This document shows positions 9,574 to 19,169 of a stretch of 64,000 nt of DNA, in pieces (within the stretch, counting starts at the first letter, position 1; each line of letters begins with the position of its first letter). The notes below the pieces were generated by a model. That model made no database searches. It was not told the origin of the DNA and was given only the letters and a program-made list of their open reading frames with translations. Source of the DNA: Candidatus Eiseniibacteriota bacterium (GTDB lineage Bacteria; Eisenbacteria; RBG-16-71-46). The position numbers and the translations under genes were made by a program. The stretch lies in contig CAVQXP010000004.1 in assembly GCA_963717935.1 (NCBI GenBank), positions 1,568,001 to 1,632,000 of the forward strand. The letters run 5' to 3'.

Positions 9574-10229
9574 CCCGCATCCACTGGACCCTGAAGCGCG
9601 CGCTGGCCACGGCCGCGTTGCTGCTGGGCGTGGTCGCGATCGCCGGCAATCCCTACCGCGGGAGCACCGTGCGCATCGACACGCAGGAACTGGCGACCCT
9701 GGTGAGCACCGAGGTCGACCACGTCACGCCCCGCGAACTGGCCGACTGGATCATCCAGGGCCGGACCGACTACCGCCTGATCGACCTGCGCTCCGCGCAG
9801 GACTTCGAGGGCTACCACATCCCGACCGCCGAGAACGTCCCGGTCGCCCTGCTGCCCCGGTACGGCCTCGGGCGGGACGAGCGGATCGTCCTGTACTCCG
9901 AGGGCGGCATCCACTCCGCGCAGGCGTGGTTCCTGCTCAAGGCGCAGCGCTACCCCGGAGCCTACATCCTGCTCGGCGGTCTCGAGGCCTGGAAGGACGA
10001 GGTGCTCTACCCGGTCGTGCCGGCCGCCGCGAGTCCGCAGGAGAACGCCGCCTTCGAGCGCGCGGCCCAGGTGGCGCGCTTCTTCGGCGGCGGCCCGCGC
10101 GCGGCTGACTCCGGCCATCTGATGGCGTTGCCGGCCACTCCGGCGCCGGGCGTCGGGATCGCCCCGCCCAGGGCGCCGGCCGCGGGCGGGCCCGCGGTGC
10201 CGCGCAAGAAGAAGAAGGAAGGCTGCTAG
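9570..10229 (+). CDS. Membrane-anchored or exported rhodanese-like protein with Ser at the catalytic position and a C-terminal Cys
   Basis: LIDLRS...GYHIPTAENV, IVLYSEGG (normally YC), LLGGLEAW; Pro/Ala tail ending KKKKEGC. Confidence 0.85.
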   Translation: MTRIHWTLKRALATAALLLGVVAIAGNPYRGSTVRIDTQELATLVSTEVDHVTPRELADWIIQGRTDYRLIDLRSAQDFEGYHIPTAENVPVALLPRYGLGRDERIVLYSEGGIHSAQAWFLLKAQRYPGAYILLGGLEAWKDEVLYPVVPAAASPQENAAFERAAQVARFFGGGPRAADSGHLMALPATPAPGVGIAPPRAPAAGGPAVPRKKKKEGC

Positions 10230-10233
10230 GGCG

Positions 10234-11712
10234 CTACGTGTCGCCCGCCAGCTCGCGCAGGCGCTCCAGCAGCCGCACCGTGCCCCAGGTGTCGAGTTCG
10301 CAGTAGCGCAGCAGCGCCTTGCGCAGCCGGGCCTTCTCCGCCGCCTCCAGCGTGCCGCCGCGCAGCAGTAGTCGTGACAGTTCGAGCGTCGCGATGCTGC
10401 CGTCCGAGACCTCGAGTTCGTCGTAGCTCAACTCGGGCACCAGCACGGGCAGCACGCTCTTCAGGCTGAAGCTGCCGCCGAAGCCGGGGTGGTAGAGGTG
10501 GTCGCGCACGGCGGGCAGCAGGTCCACGATCCGCGCCTCGATGGCCTGCATCGCGCGGGCCGACTTCGGGCCCAGCGCCGCGCCCAGCCCGCGCAGGCAG
10601 GTCTTCTCGAAGCTCGCGTTGTACGCGACGATGGCCCCGGCGCCGGCGCAGGCCGCGGCCAGCGCCTCCGCGATCGGGGGCCGCGGATCGCCCGGGCCCT
10701 CGGCGAGCCACTCGAAATGCTCGTAGCCGCCGCCGCGCTTCTGCCGGTGGCAACTGAACTGGACCGGGACGTTGTCGTAGGGGTGGCCGCCGTCCCACAC
10801 CGGGATGGCGGGGTTGATGGTCTCGAAGTCGAGGAAGGCCAGCGGCGGCTCGAACTCCTGCAGCGCGTCGCGCAGCGAGGGCTCCACGATCATCTCGTTC
10901 GATACCACCGAGCGGCGCTGGCGCTCGGCCGTCGGGTTGAGGCTCATGCCCGCGGACAGGGCCTGGATGGTGCGGCAGCCGCCGGCCTCGAGGTCCCAGG
11001 CCCTCTTCCCGATGCGGTAGAGCGTGCTGACGTGATGCTCCGGCAGGTCCGCCCAGCAGCGGGAGAGGAAGGGGCAGTCGCGGGGCGAGCTGCAATGCGG
11101 GCCGATGGCGACCCCGGGCAGCGGCCCCTCCAGCATCCGCAGTTGCTCCTGCGCCTGCGCGGGCACGTCGGGCAGCAGGGCCGCGACCTCGCCGGTCACG
11201 TCGTCGCGCACGAACAGGTCGCTCAGGTCCGGGAAGACGCACGCGCGGTTCAGGTGCATGATCTCGACGCTGCGCACCTCGAGCCCCGCCTGTCCCAGGA
11301 CGTGCGCCTGGATGGCGGCGTCCGGCAGGTGCTCGGGCTTGGCGCTGGTGGACGACTTGACCTCGATCAGGCCGAAGCCGCCGCGCAGCCGCTCGAGGAT
11401 GTCCACCGCCACGAACACGCGGCCGGCGAAGAAGGAGGCCTCGTAGATGACCCGGGCCCCGGCCGCCAGCGCCGCGGCCGTGGCCTCGACCTTCGCCTGG
11501 ATCTGCTCGTGGGGGAAGTCGATCAGCATTCCGCCGGGCACGTAGCTGCGCGCCAGTTCCCCGACGTTCGTGCCCTGGTCGAAGATCGCCTGAGTCTGCG
11601 CGTCGGGGACGAGTTCGGGCGCGTCCGGCTCGTGCACGCGCCACCAGAGTTGCCTGTGGCACTGGAGCCCCGCGGTGAAACGGGACTTGGAGAGGCGAAG
11701 GGCGGGGCTCAT
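10234..11712 (-). CDS. DUF2779-type protein: Cas4/RecB-like nuclease domain plus DEDD/RNase H-like domain
   Basis: LSKSRF...QC, VDIL..LIEVKSST, AIQ, CSSPRDCPFLSRC; FLDFET, YNASFE, SLKSVLP, YCELDT. Confidence 0.82.
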   Translation of the reverse strand: MSPALRLSKSRFTAGLQCHRQLWWRVHEPDAPELVPDAQTQAIFDQGTNVGELARSYVPGGMLIDFPHEQIQAKVEATAAALAAGARVIYEASFFAGRVFVAVDILERLRGGFGLIEVKSSTSAKPEHLPDAAIQAHVLGQAGLEVRSVEIMHLNRACVFPDLSDLFVRDDVTGEVAALLPDVPAQAQEQLRMLEGPLPGVAIGPHCSSPRDCPFLSRCWADLPEHHVSTLYRIGKRAWDLEAGGCRTIQALSAGMSLNPTAERQRRSVVSNEMIVEPSLRDALQEFEPPLAFLDFETINPAIPVWDGGHPYDNVPVQFSCHRQKRGGGYEHFEWLAEGPGDPRPPIAEALAAACAGAGAIVAYNASFEKTCLRGLGAALGPKSARAMQAIEARIVDLLPAVRDHLYHPGFGGSFSLKSVLPVLVPELSYDELEVSDGSIATLELSRLLLRGGTLEAAEKARLRKALLRYCELDTWGTVRLLERLRELAGDT

Positions 11713-11927
11713 GTGGAGTGCGGCCTCCGAGGGGGACAGGTCCGGCGGATGGCGAGTGTAGCGGAACGCGTGCTCCGCCGGGAACGCGAGGAGCCCATCC
11801 TTCCGGGACCGCGACCGGGGCCCCGGCGTCGACGTGACCGGCCTTCTCCGAACCTCGGGCCCGAACGCCGAGCGGCCACCCCGCCGTGGAGGTGGCCGCC
11901 CCGACAGAAGCGTCCCAATCGTCCCCC

Positions 11928-13067
11928 TCACTGCACCAGCGTCACCCGCCGCACCAGGTTCGTGCCCGGGCCGCTGAGCCGCACGAAGTAGAGCCCGGGG
12001 CTGACCGGCGCGCCCGAGCCGCCGGGCCGCCAGGTGACGCTGCCCTCGCCCGAGACCCCGTCCGCCAGCCGCGCCACGCGCGCGCCGCGCACGTCGAACA
12101 CGTCCACGCTCAGCGGGCCGCCGCCGGCGAAGCGCACGGTCAGCACGTCGCGGAACGGCGAGGGGCCCGCGGCCAGGCGGACGCCGGTGTTGGCGACCAC
12201 GGGCGGCACGTCGGCGCTGGAGCCGGGCACGGCCGGGTGTCCGGCGTTCAGCCAGGCGGTGTAGACGTACGAGGCGGTCATCACGCTCGCCGTGTCGAGC
12301 CGCGCCTGGGTCAGGGTGTGCGTGCTGCTCCACAGCGATGCGTAATAGATCGAGTTGTACGATCCGCCCGACGCCGCCTTGGCGACGTTGTCGGCCACGA
12401 GGATGGGGCTTACCTTGGCCCAGGAGGCGGCGATGACGTCGAAGGCCGCGTCCAGCGCGCCCGGGTAATAGAGCGCGGTCATCGCCGGGGTGTGCAGCAG
12501 GGAGAGGTAGGTGGAGAGCATGGTGCTCTCGTAGCGCGAGTGGATCCCGTCGTTGCCGGTGAACTGGCCGTCGTAGTTCTGCGTGCAATGGAGCGGCTGG
12601 TTGGCGTCGCCCACGTAGTGGCAGAGATCGGCGATGGTCAGCGTGGCGGCGCTCCAGTCCTGCGTCTGGAACTGCTGCGTGAGCGTGGTCACGACCTCGT
12701 CGATCGCCCACGGCAGCACGCCGTAGTAGAGCACCGTGGATGCGCCGTAGAGGGCCTCGAGCGTGGCCCGGTCGCGCGGCAGGGTGCCGGCCAGGAACTC
12801 GGGGTACGCGTCGATGTCGATGTAGTGCCGGTAACTCTCCCCGGGCGTGTACGACTTGCGCGTGTCGGCGTCGGTGACGTGCAGGTCCACCACGCTGTCG
12901 TAGGTGCGCAGGCCGTCGATGTAGGCGGGCAGGTGCTGCGAGTAGTTCTGCGCGATGTAGTGGTGGCCTACCGAGCCCCAGGTCCAGCCGGTCGAGGGAA
13001 GGACCGCGCAGAGGAAGGCGGCGAGGACTGCGATGGAGGCGTGCCGCACGCGGTTCGAATCGAGCAT
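11928..13067 (-). CDS. Secreted S1/P1-family zinc nuclease with C-terminal T9SS/FlgD-like sorting domain
   Basis: Signal peptide then WGSVGHH, HYIDID, HYVGDANQPLH, IHSRYE; C-terminus PSPF...VFDVRGARV...GLYFVRL...RVTLVQ. Confidence 0.82.
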   Translation of the reverse strand: MLDSNRVRHASIAVLAAFLCAVLPSTGWTWGSVGHHYIAQNYSQHLPAYIDGLRTYDSVVDLHVTDADTRKSYTPGESYRHYIDIDAYPEFLAGTLPRDRATLEALYGASTVLYYGVLPWAIDEVVTTLTQQFQTQDWSAATLTIADLCHYVGDANQPLHCTQNYDGQFTGNDGIHSRYESTMLSTYLSLLHTPAMTALYYPGALDAAFDVIAASWAKVSPILVADNVAKAASGGSYNSIYYASLWSSTHTLTQARLDTASVMTASYVYTAWLNAGHPAVPGSSADVPPVVANTGVRLAAGPSPFRDVLTVRFAGGGPLSVDVFDVRGARVARLADGVSGEGSVTWRPGGSGAPVSPGLYFVRLSGPGTNLVRRVTLVQ

Positions 13068-13131
13068 GATGTTCCCTTCGCACCGGGATGAGATTCTGGG
13101 TGCCTGTCTGGAGTGCCCTGGGACCGTCAGG

Positions 13132-13140
13132 AGGATACCA
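13132..13140 (-). promoter_or_regulatory. Putative extended -10 promoter of the S1/P1 nuclease gene
   Basis: TGgTATCCT on the minus strand, 65 bp upstream of the start. Confidence 0.45.
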
Positions 13141-13316
13141 CCTTCCGCGCGGGAACTGCCCGGGATCGGGCCGGCGAGGTCCGGCGAAGAGGACCCGGGC
13201 TGCGGGCCGGGGCTCGCGGTCCCGTCCGCTTGCTCGCGAATCCACCGACGCCCTGCGTGTCTCTCACGGTCGAGCCTCGACCGTCCTGCCCCCGACCGAT
13301 CGAAAGGAACCTCCCC

Positions 13317-13715
13317 ATGGAGATGACGATCCGCTTCCCCGGCGGCGCCCGCGTGGACGCCGAGTTCGGGCCCTTCACCGTGAAGACGGACCAGCCGCCC
13401 GGCGGCGGGGGCGAGAGCTCGGCGCCCACGCCGTTCGCGACCTTCCTGGCCTCGCTCGGCACCTGCGCGGGCATCTACGTGCTGGGCTTCTGCCGCCAGC
13501 GCGACCTGCCCACGGAGGGCATCCGGCTCACCCAGCGCCTGAGCGTGGACCGGGCCACGGGCATGGTCGACAAGGTGGAGCTGGACATCCACGTGCCGCC
13601 CGAGTTCCCCGCGAAGTACCACGCGGCCCTGGTCCGCTCGGCCGAGCAGTGCGCGGTGAAGAAGCTGATGGAGTCGCCGCCGCGCTTCGAGATCCGGACG
13701 GTCACGGGGGCTTAG
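13317..13715 (+). CDS. OsmC-family protein
   Basis: TDQP..GGG..SAPTPF..FLASLGTCAG and EQCAVKK (two conserved Cys); AAAGGA RBS. Confidence 0.88.
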   Translation: MEMTIRFPGGARVDAEFGPFTVKTDQPPGGGGESSAPTPFATFLASLGTCAGIYVLGFCRQRDLPTEGIRLTQRLSVDRATGMVDKVELDIHVPPEFPAKYHAALVRSAEQCAVKKLMESPPRFEIRTVTGA

Positions 13716-13883
13716 GGGCGCATCCCGCGGAGACGAGGCGGCCGCGCGAGGCGGGGCGACCCGCATGGCTGAGCCCGTTGGAGGCCGCAGCGCCTGCCGG
13801 CGGCCTCCGTGTTCCATTTTCCCGGCACTCCTCTTAGAATGCTCGGTCACCCACCCAGCGCCTGATTCCGAGAGGAACCCAGC

Positions 13884-14810
13884 ATGATCGAGCAGTTCCA
13901 CCGGCCGGCCACGGTCCGCGAAGCCCTCGCCCTGAAGAAGCGATTCCAGAGCCGGGCGCTCTTCCTCGGGGGCGGGACGTATCTCAACTCGAACGCCTGC
14001 GCCCTGTGCCCCGAGCGGCGCGTCAGCCTCGCGGGCCTCGGACTCGATCGAAGCGAACGGAAGCAGGGCGCCGTGATCACCCGGCCCCTCTGCTCGAGCG
14101 TCTGCGCCCTGCGCCCCGCACATCTCATCAGCCTCGCGGGCCTGGGGCTCGCTCGCGTCGGGGTGAAGCAGGGCGTCGTGACCATCGGGCCCCTCTGCAC
14201 GTTCCAGCGGCTGATCGAGGACCGGAAGGTCCCGGCGGCCCTGAAGGCGGCGGTCTCCCAGGTCGTGCCCCGGAACGTCCGCGAGGCCGCGACTCTCGGC
14301 GGGCATGTGGCCTGCGCTCTGCCGTACAGCGACGTGATCCCCATGCTGGTGGCGCTGGACGCGAAGGTCGGGCTGTCGCGCGCCGGTGCCGCGAAGACGA
14401 TCTCCGTCGCGGACTACGTCGCGAAGCCGCCCTCGGGCCTCATCACGAAGATCGTCCTGCCCCGGCCCCGGGCCGGGCGGGTGGCCGCGTGCCGCAATGC
14501 CCGGGCCTCCGCCAACGCGCGTTCGATCGTCAGCGCGGCGGTCGCCGTGACGGTCGTCCGGGACGCCGTGAGGCACCCGGTCATCGTGCTGGGCGGCCTG
14601 GCGGGCCACGTCGCGAGGCTGACCGCGGTCGAGGAGGCGCTGGACGGCAGGCCCCTGCCCGCGATGGATGAGCTGCAGGCGCTGGCGAGCCGGGCGGTGC
14701 GGCCCGGCGCCGATCTCTCGGGCAGTGCCGCGTTCCGCAGGTACCAGGCCGGGGTGGTCGTGGCGCTGGCGCTGCGGGACGCCCTCGGGCAGAAGCGGGG
14801 CCGGCCATGA
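13884..14810 (+). CDS. ygfM: Molybdenum hydroxylase FAD-binding subunit, YgfM-like, with an internal 35-aa tandem duplication
   Basis: MIEQFHRP start, FLGGGT, RNVREAATLGG, DLSGSAAFRRY; TAGAAT -10 at 13835-13840. Confidence 0.8.
   Translation: MIEQFHRPATVREALALKKRFQSRALFLGGGTYLNSNACALCPERRVSLAGLGLDRSERKQGAVITRPLCSSVCALRPAHLISLAGLGLARVGVKQGVVTIGPLCTFQRLIEDRKVPAALKAAVSQVVPRNVREAATLGGHVACALPYSDVIPMLVALDAKVGLSRAGAAKTISVADYVAKPPSGLITKIVLPRPRAGRVAACRNARASANARSIVSAAVAVTVVRDAVRHPVIVLGGLAGHVARLTAVEEALDGRPLPAMDELQALASRAVRPGADLSGSAAFRRYQAGVVVALALRDALGQKRGRP
13989..14198 (+). repeat. Diverged in-frame 105-bp tandem duplication within ygfM
   Basis: 13989-14093 (SNACALCPERRVSLAGLGLDRSERKQGAVITRPLC) vs 14094-14198 (SSVCALRPAHLISLAGLGLARVGVKQGVVTIGPLC). 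Confidence 0.9.
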
Positions 14811-17690
14811 GGATCTCGGTCAAGGTCAACGGGACGCGCAGGGAGTTCGAGGTCCACCCGGGCGAGCGGGTGCGCGACCTGCTGCGGCGCGAGCACCTCC
14901 TCTCGGTGCGCAACGGCTGCGACGGCCAGGGCAGCTGCGGCGCCTGCTCGATCATCCTCGACGGGCGGACGGTCAACTCCTGCCTGCTGCTGGCGCCGCA
15001 GGTGGACGGCCGGGAGATCCGCACCGTCGAGCACCTGGCGAAGGACCGGGAGCTGTCGGCGATCCAGACGGCGTTCATCGACGCGGGCGTGGTCCAGTGC
15101 GGTTACTGCACGCCGGCGATGCTGCTCGCCACGGAGGCGCTGCTCTCGCGCCACGAGCACCCGACGCGCGAGCAGGTCCGCGACGCCCTCTCGGGGGTCT
15201 TCTGCCGCTGCACCGGCTACGAGCAGTACTTCGCGGCGGTCGAGCTGGCGGCGAAGCGCCGCAAGGACCCGGCGCACGCGGCGGCGAAGGGGCAGGAGTT
15301 CCGCGAGGACCTGCGCATCGTCGGCAAGCCGGCGAAGAAGGTCGACGGCCCGCGGCTGGTGCGCGGCGAGAAGGCCTACGTCGAGGACATGGCCCCGTGC
15401 GACACCTGCCATCTCAAGGTGCTGGGCTCGCCGCACGCGCACGCCTACATCAGGAGCATCGACACGAGCCGGGCCGAGGCGATGCCGGGGGTCGTGCTGG
15501 TGCTGACCCACGAGAACTGCCCGGACGTCTACTACAACACGGCCGGGCAGGGATTCCCCGAGCCCTCGCCCTACGATCGGAAGATGTTCGGCGAGAAGCT
15601 GCTCCACGTCGGCGACCGCGTGGCCGCGGTCGTGGCGGAGACCGTCGAGATCGCCCAGGCGGCCCTGCGCAGGATCAAGGTCGAGTACGAGGTGCTCGAG
15701 CCCGTGCTGTCGATCGAAGCGGCCGCGGCGCCGGGGGCGCCCGTGCTGCACGGCGGCGTGATCGAGTACGTCGCCGGCGCGCCGGCGGATCTCGACAACC
15801 GCGGGGCCGATCCGCGCGACGGCCGGATCATCTACCAGTTCCCCATCCATGGCGATCCGCGCCGCAACCTCGCGGCCAGCGTCACGGGCGGCATCGGCGA
15901 CGTCGCCCGGGGGTTCGCCGAGGCCGAGGTCGTGATCGAGCGCGAGTACGAGACCTCGCAGGTCCAGTGCGCGCCGGTCGAGCCTCACGTCGTCTGCACG
16001 AGGATCGAGGGCGAGCGCCTGGTCATCCACGCCTCCACGCAGGTGCCCTGGCACGTGCGCCGCATCGTGTCGCGGGTCCTGGGCATCAGCGAGAACCAGG
16101 TGCGCGTGATCAAGGAGCGCGTCGGCGGTGGCTTCGGCGCGAAGCAGGACATGGTGCTCGAAGAGGTCGCCGCGTACGCGACCTGGGTGACGGGCCGGTC
16201 GGTGCTCTACCGCTTCACCCGCGAGGAGGAGTTCATCGCCTCCCGCACGCGCCACCCCATGAAGATCAAGGTGGCCCTGGGGGCGAAGCGGGACGGCGGG
16301 CTGACGGCGGTGAAGATGGACGGTCCGCGCCAACACCGGCCCGTACGGGGCGCACTGCCTGACGGTCCCGATGAACGCCTGCTCGAAGAGCCTGCCGCTG
16401 CTGCTCTGCGAGAACGTGCACTTCGACGTGCAGAGCTTCTACACGAACGTGCCGCCGTGCGGGGCCTACCAGGGCTACGGGGCGCCGCAGGGCTCCTACG
16501 CCCTGCAGCTGGCCTGCGCCGAGCTGGCGGATGCGCTCGGCATGGACCCGCTCGCCTTCCTCGAGAAGAACCGGGTCCGCGAGGGCACGATGCTCGAGAT
16601 CCTCAAGTGCCTGGGAGAAGGGCGCGAGGGCACGCCGCAGGAGGTCTCGAGCTGCGGCCTCGGGCCGGCGCTCGAGCAGGGCCGCGCGATGATCGAGTGG
16701 GGCGCGGTGGTGGCGAGCGACGATCCCGACGTGCGGATCGGCAAGGGCGTGGCGATCATCCAGCAGGGCTCCGGGCTGCCGGGCATCGACTCCGCGAACG
16801 CCAGCGTCGCCCTGCTCGGCGACGGCACCTTCATGCTGCTGAGCGGCGGGACCGACATGGGCACGGGCCTCGACACGCTCGTCGTCAAGCTCGTGGCCGA
16901 GTGCCTCTGCACCGGGATCGGCGACGTCTCGCTGATCGTGGCGGACACCGACGTGACGCCCTACGACGACGGCGCGTACGCCTCGAGCGGGACCTTCTTC
17001 TCGGGCAACGCGGCGCTGAACGCGGCGCAGGGGATGAAGCAGAAGCTGCTCGAGACGGCCGCACGGATCCTGGACGAGCCCGCGGAGGGCCTGGGACTCG
17101 TCTTCCCGTCCACGGTGACGGGCGGTTCGCGCCCGGTCTCCTATGCCGAGATCTCGCGCTTCACGGTCTCGGGCACGGGCACGGGGCAGCTCATGACCTC
17201 CGCCTGCTACACGACCGACAAGGCGGCGTTCCCCTACGGCGCGCACTACTGCCAGGTGGCGGTGAACACGCGCACCGGCGCGGTGAAGGTGCAGAAGTAC
17301 TACGCGCTGCAGGACTGCGGCACGCCGATCAACCCCGAGCTCGCGCTCGGGCAGATGTACGGCGGCGTGCTCAAGACCATCGGCCACTCGCTGTTCGAGG
17401 AGATGCTGCTGGACGAGCGGGGGCGGTGCCGCAACGCGAACCTGGTTGAGTACAAGGTCCCGATGATCCACGACCTGCCCGACGACTTCCGCGCGGTGCT
17501 GGTCGAGACCACCGATCCCTTCGGGCCGTACGGCAGCAAGTCGGTGTCGGAGATCGCCTGCAACGGGGCGGCGCCCGCGATCGCGGCGGCGATCCACGAC
17601 GCGACCGGCGTGTGGATGCGCAGCTGGCCGTTCAGCGCCGAGAAGATCCTGCGCGCGCTGGGCCGGCTGGGCGGGGACGCGAAGCGATGA
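14807..17690 (+). CDS. xdhD: Xanthine-dehydrogenase-family fused 2Fe-2S/Mo subunit, XdhD (YgfN)-like; frameshift near 16322
   Basis: GCDGQGSCGAC..NSC, QCGYC, CRCTGY, STQVPW, GGGFGAKQ; second frame YQGYGAPQ, GTDMGTG, AYASSGT, KSVSEIACNG. Confidence 0.88.
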
Positions 17691-19165
17691 GCGCGCCGCG
17701 ATTCACCCTCTGCCGCGCGGAGTTCCTGCTGCCGCTGGCCGCGCCGGACCGGGGCGAGCGCATCCAGGACGGCTACCTGCTGAGCGAGGGCGAGACCCTC
17801 CGCGAGGTGGGCCGCTACACGCCCGAGATCGGGCGGCGCATCCTCGAGACCTACGGCACGGCGCTGCACGTCATGGGCGATCCGGCGGCCGCCGGGGACG
17901 TCCCGCGGCTGAGGGCCGTGCTGATGCCGGCGTTCGTCAAGGCGCACGGGCACGACCACGAGCAGCCGCTCATCGGCATCGCCAAGGACGAGCCGCTCAC
18001 CGACTGGCTCGACCACGCGGTGAACCCGTTCACCAGCTTCATGAACACGCAGCACGAGCGGCTCTACCGCGAACTGGGGGTGTCGCCGCACCTCGTGACC
18101 TACCGGCTGGCCCGGCTCTGCGACATCCACTACGGCATCACGACGAGCCTGGTCCACCACTGCAACTTCAACAAGTACCACGTCGGCGAGCTGGCGCAGG
18201 CGAACGAAGCCGCGGGCACGACCATGATCGTGGCCATCGGCGGCCAGGACCGGAACTACGTGAAGGAGGCGCTGGACCGGCCGGAGCAGGCGTTGCAGCG
18301 CCTCGACGACGCCCTCACCCTGCCGGGCCTCGCCCGGACCAGCTTCTGCCCGGGGCCCGACCAGTTCTTCTCGAACAGCCGCGAGATGCTGGTGCCGCTC
18401 AAGCGCTGGGCGCGCGAGCACGGCACGTTCTTCCACATCCACAGCGCCGAGGAGCCGCGCACCACGCGCTGGTTCAGCGCCGAGGTCGAGCCGGGCCTGA
18501 GCGAGGTCGAGTTCGCCGAGTCCATCGGCATCCTCGACGGCGACACGATGCTGGCGCACCAGGTCAACTGCGGCCCGCGCGACGTCGAGATCCTGGCGAG
18601 GACCGGCACGAAGATCGTGCACAACCCGCTCGCCAACACCATCCTCGGCTCGGGCATGCCGCCGGTGATCGAGATGCTCGCCGCGGGCGTGCCGGTGGCG
18701 ATCTCGACCGACGGGTCCGGTTCCGCCGACAACCAGAACATCCTGGCGGCCGCGCGTCTGGCCGCGCAGTACCAGAAGGCGAGGCACCAGGACGCCACGC
18801 TGCTGGGCTCGCAGCAGCTGCTCGAGATGATCACCAGCGTGCCCGCGCGGATGCTGCGGCAGGACCAGGGCGAACTGTCGCCGGGGCGCCGGGCGGACTG
18901 GATCCTGCTCGATCTCGACCGGCCCAACCTGACGCCGACGCGCGTGGACAACGTGATGGAGAACCTCATCTGGGCCGCGGATGGCAGCGAGGTGGACACC
19001 GTGGTCGCGCGCGGGCGGCTGCTCAAGCAGGGCGGCCGGGTCCTGCCCTTCGCCGGCGGGGTGACGCCGGCCGGCATCCGGGCTGCCGCGCAGCGGCTCT
19101 CGGAGCTCTTCGCCGAGTACCGGCTCACCGCCCCGGAGCTGAGAGGCACTGGGGCTCACCGGTAG
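17687..19165 (+). CDS. Metal-dependent amidohydrolase (SsnA/Atz-Trz/MtaD-like), probably purine-related
   Basis: MPAFVKAHGHDHE, FHIHSAEE, LAHQV, HNPLAN, ISTDGSGS; ATGA overlap with xdhD. Confidence 0.82.
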   Translation: MSAPRFTLCRAEFLLPLAAPDRGERIQDGYLLSEGETLREVGRYTPEIGRRILETYGTALHVMGDPAAAGDVPRLRAVLMPAFVKAHGHDHEQPLIGIAKDEPLTDWLDHAVNPFTSFMNTQHERLYRELGVSPHLVTYRLARLCDIHYGITTSLVHHCNFNKYHVGELAQANEAAGTTMIVAIGGQDRNYVKEALDRPEQALQRLDDALTLPGLARTSFCPGPDQFFSNSREMLVPLKRWAREHGTFFHIHSAEEPRTTRWFSAEVEPGLSEVEFAESIGILDGDTMLAHQVNCGPRDVEILARTGTKIVHNPLANTILGSGMPPVIEMLAAGVPVAISTDGSGSADNQNILAAARLAAQYQKARHQDATLLGSQQLLEMITSVPARMLRQDQGELSPGRRADWILLDLDRPNLTPTRVDNVMENLIWAADGSEVDTVVARGRLLKQGGRVLPFAGGVTPAGIRAAAQRLSELFAEYRLTAPELRGTGAHR

Positions 19166-19169
19166 CCCG

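Noticed and set aside
10234..11712. Cas4/CRISPR system
   Set aside because: No repeat-spacer array or other cas genes were seen anywhere in the window.
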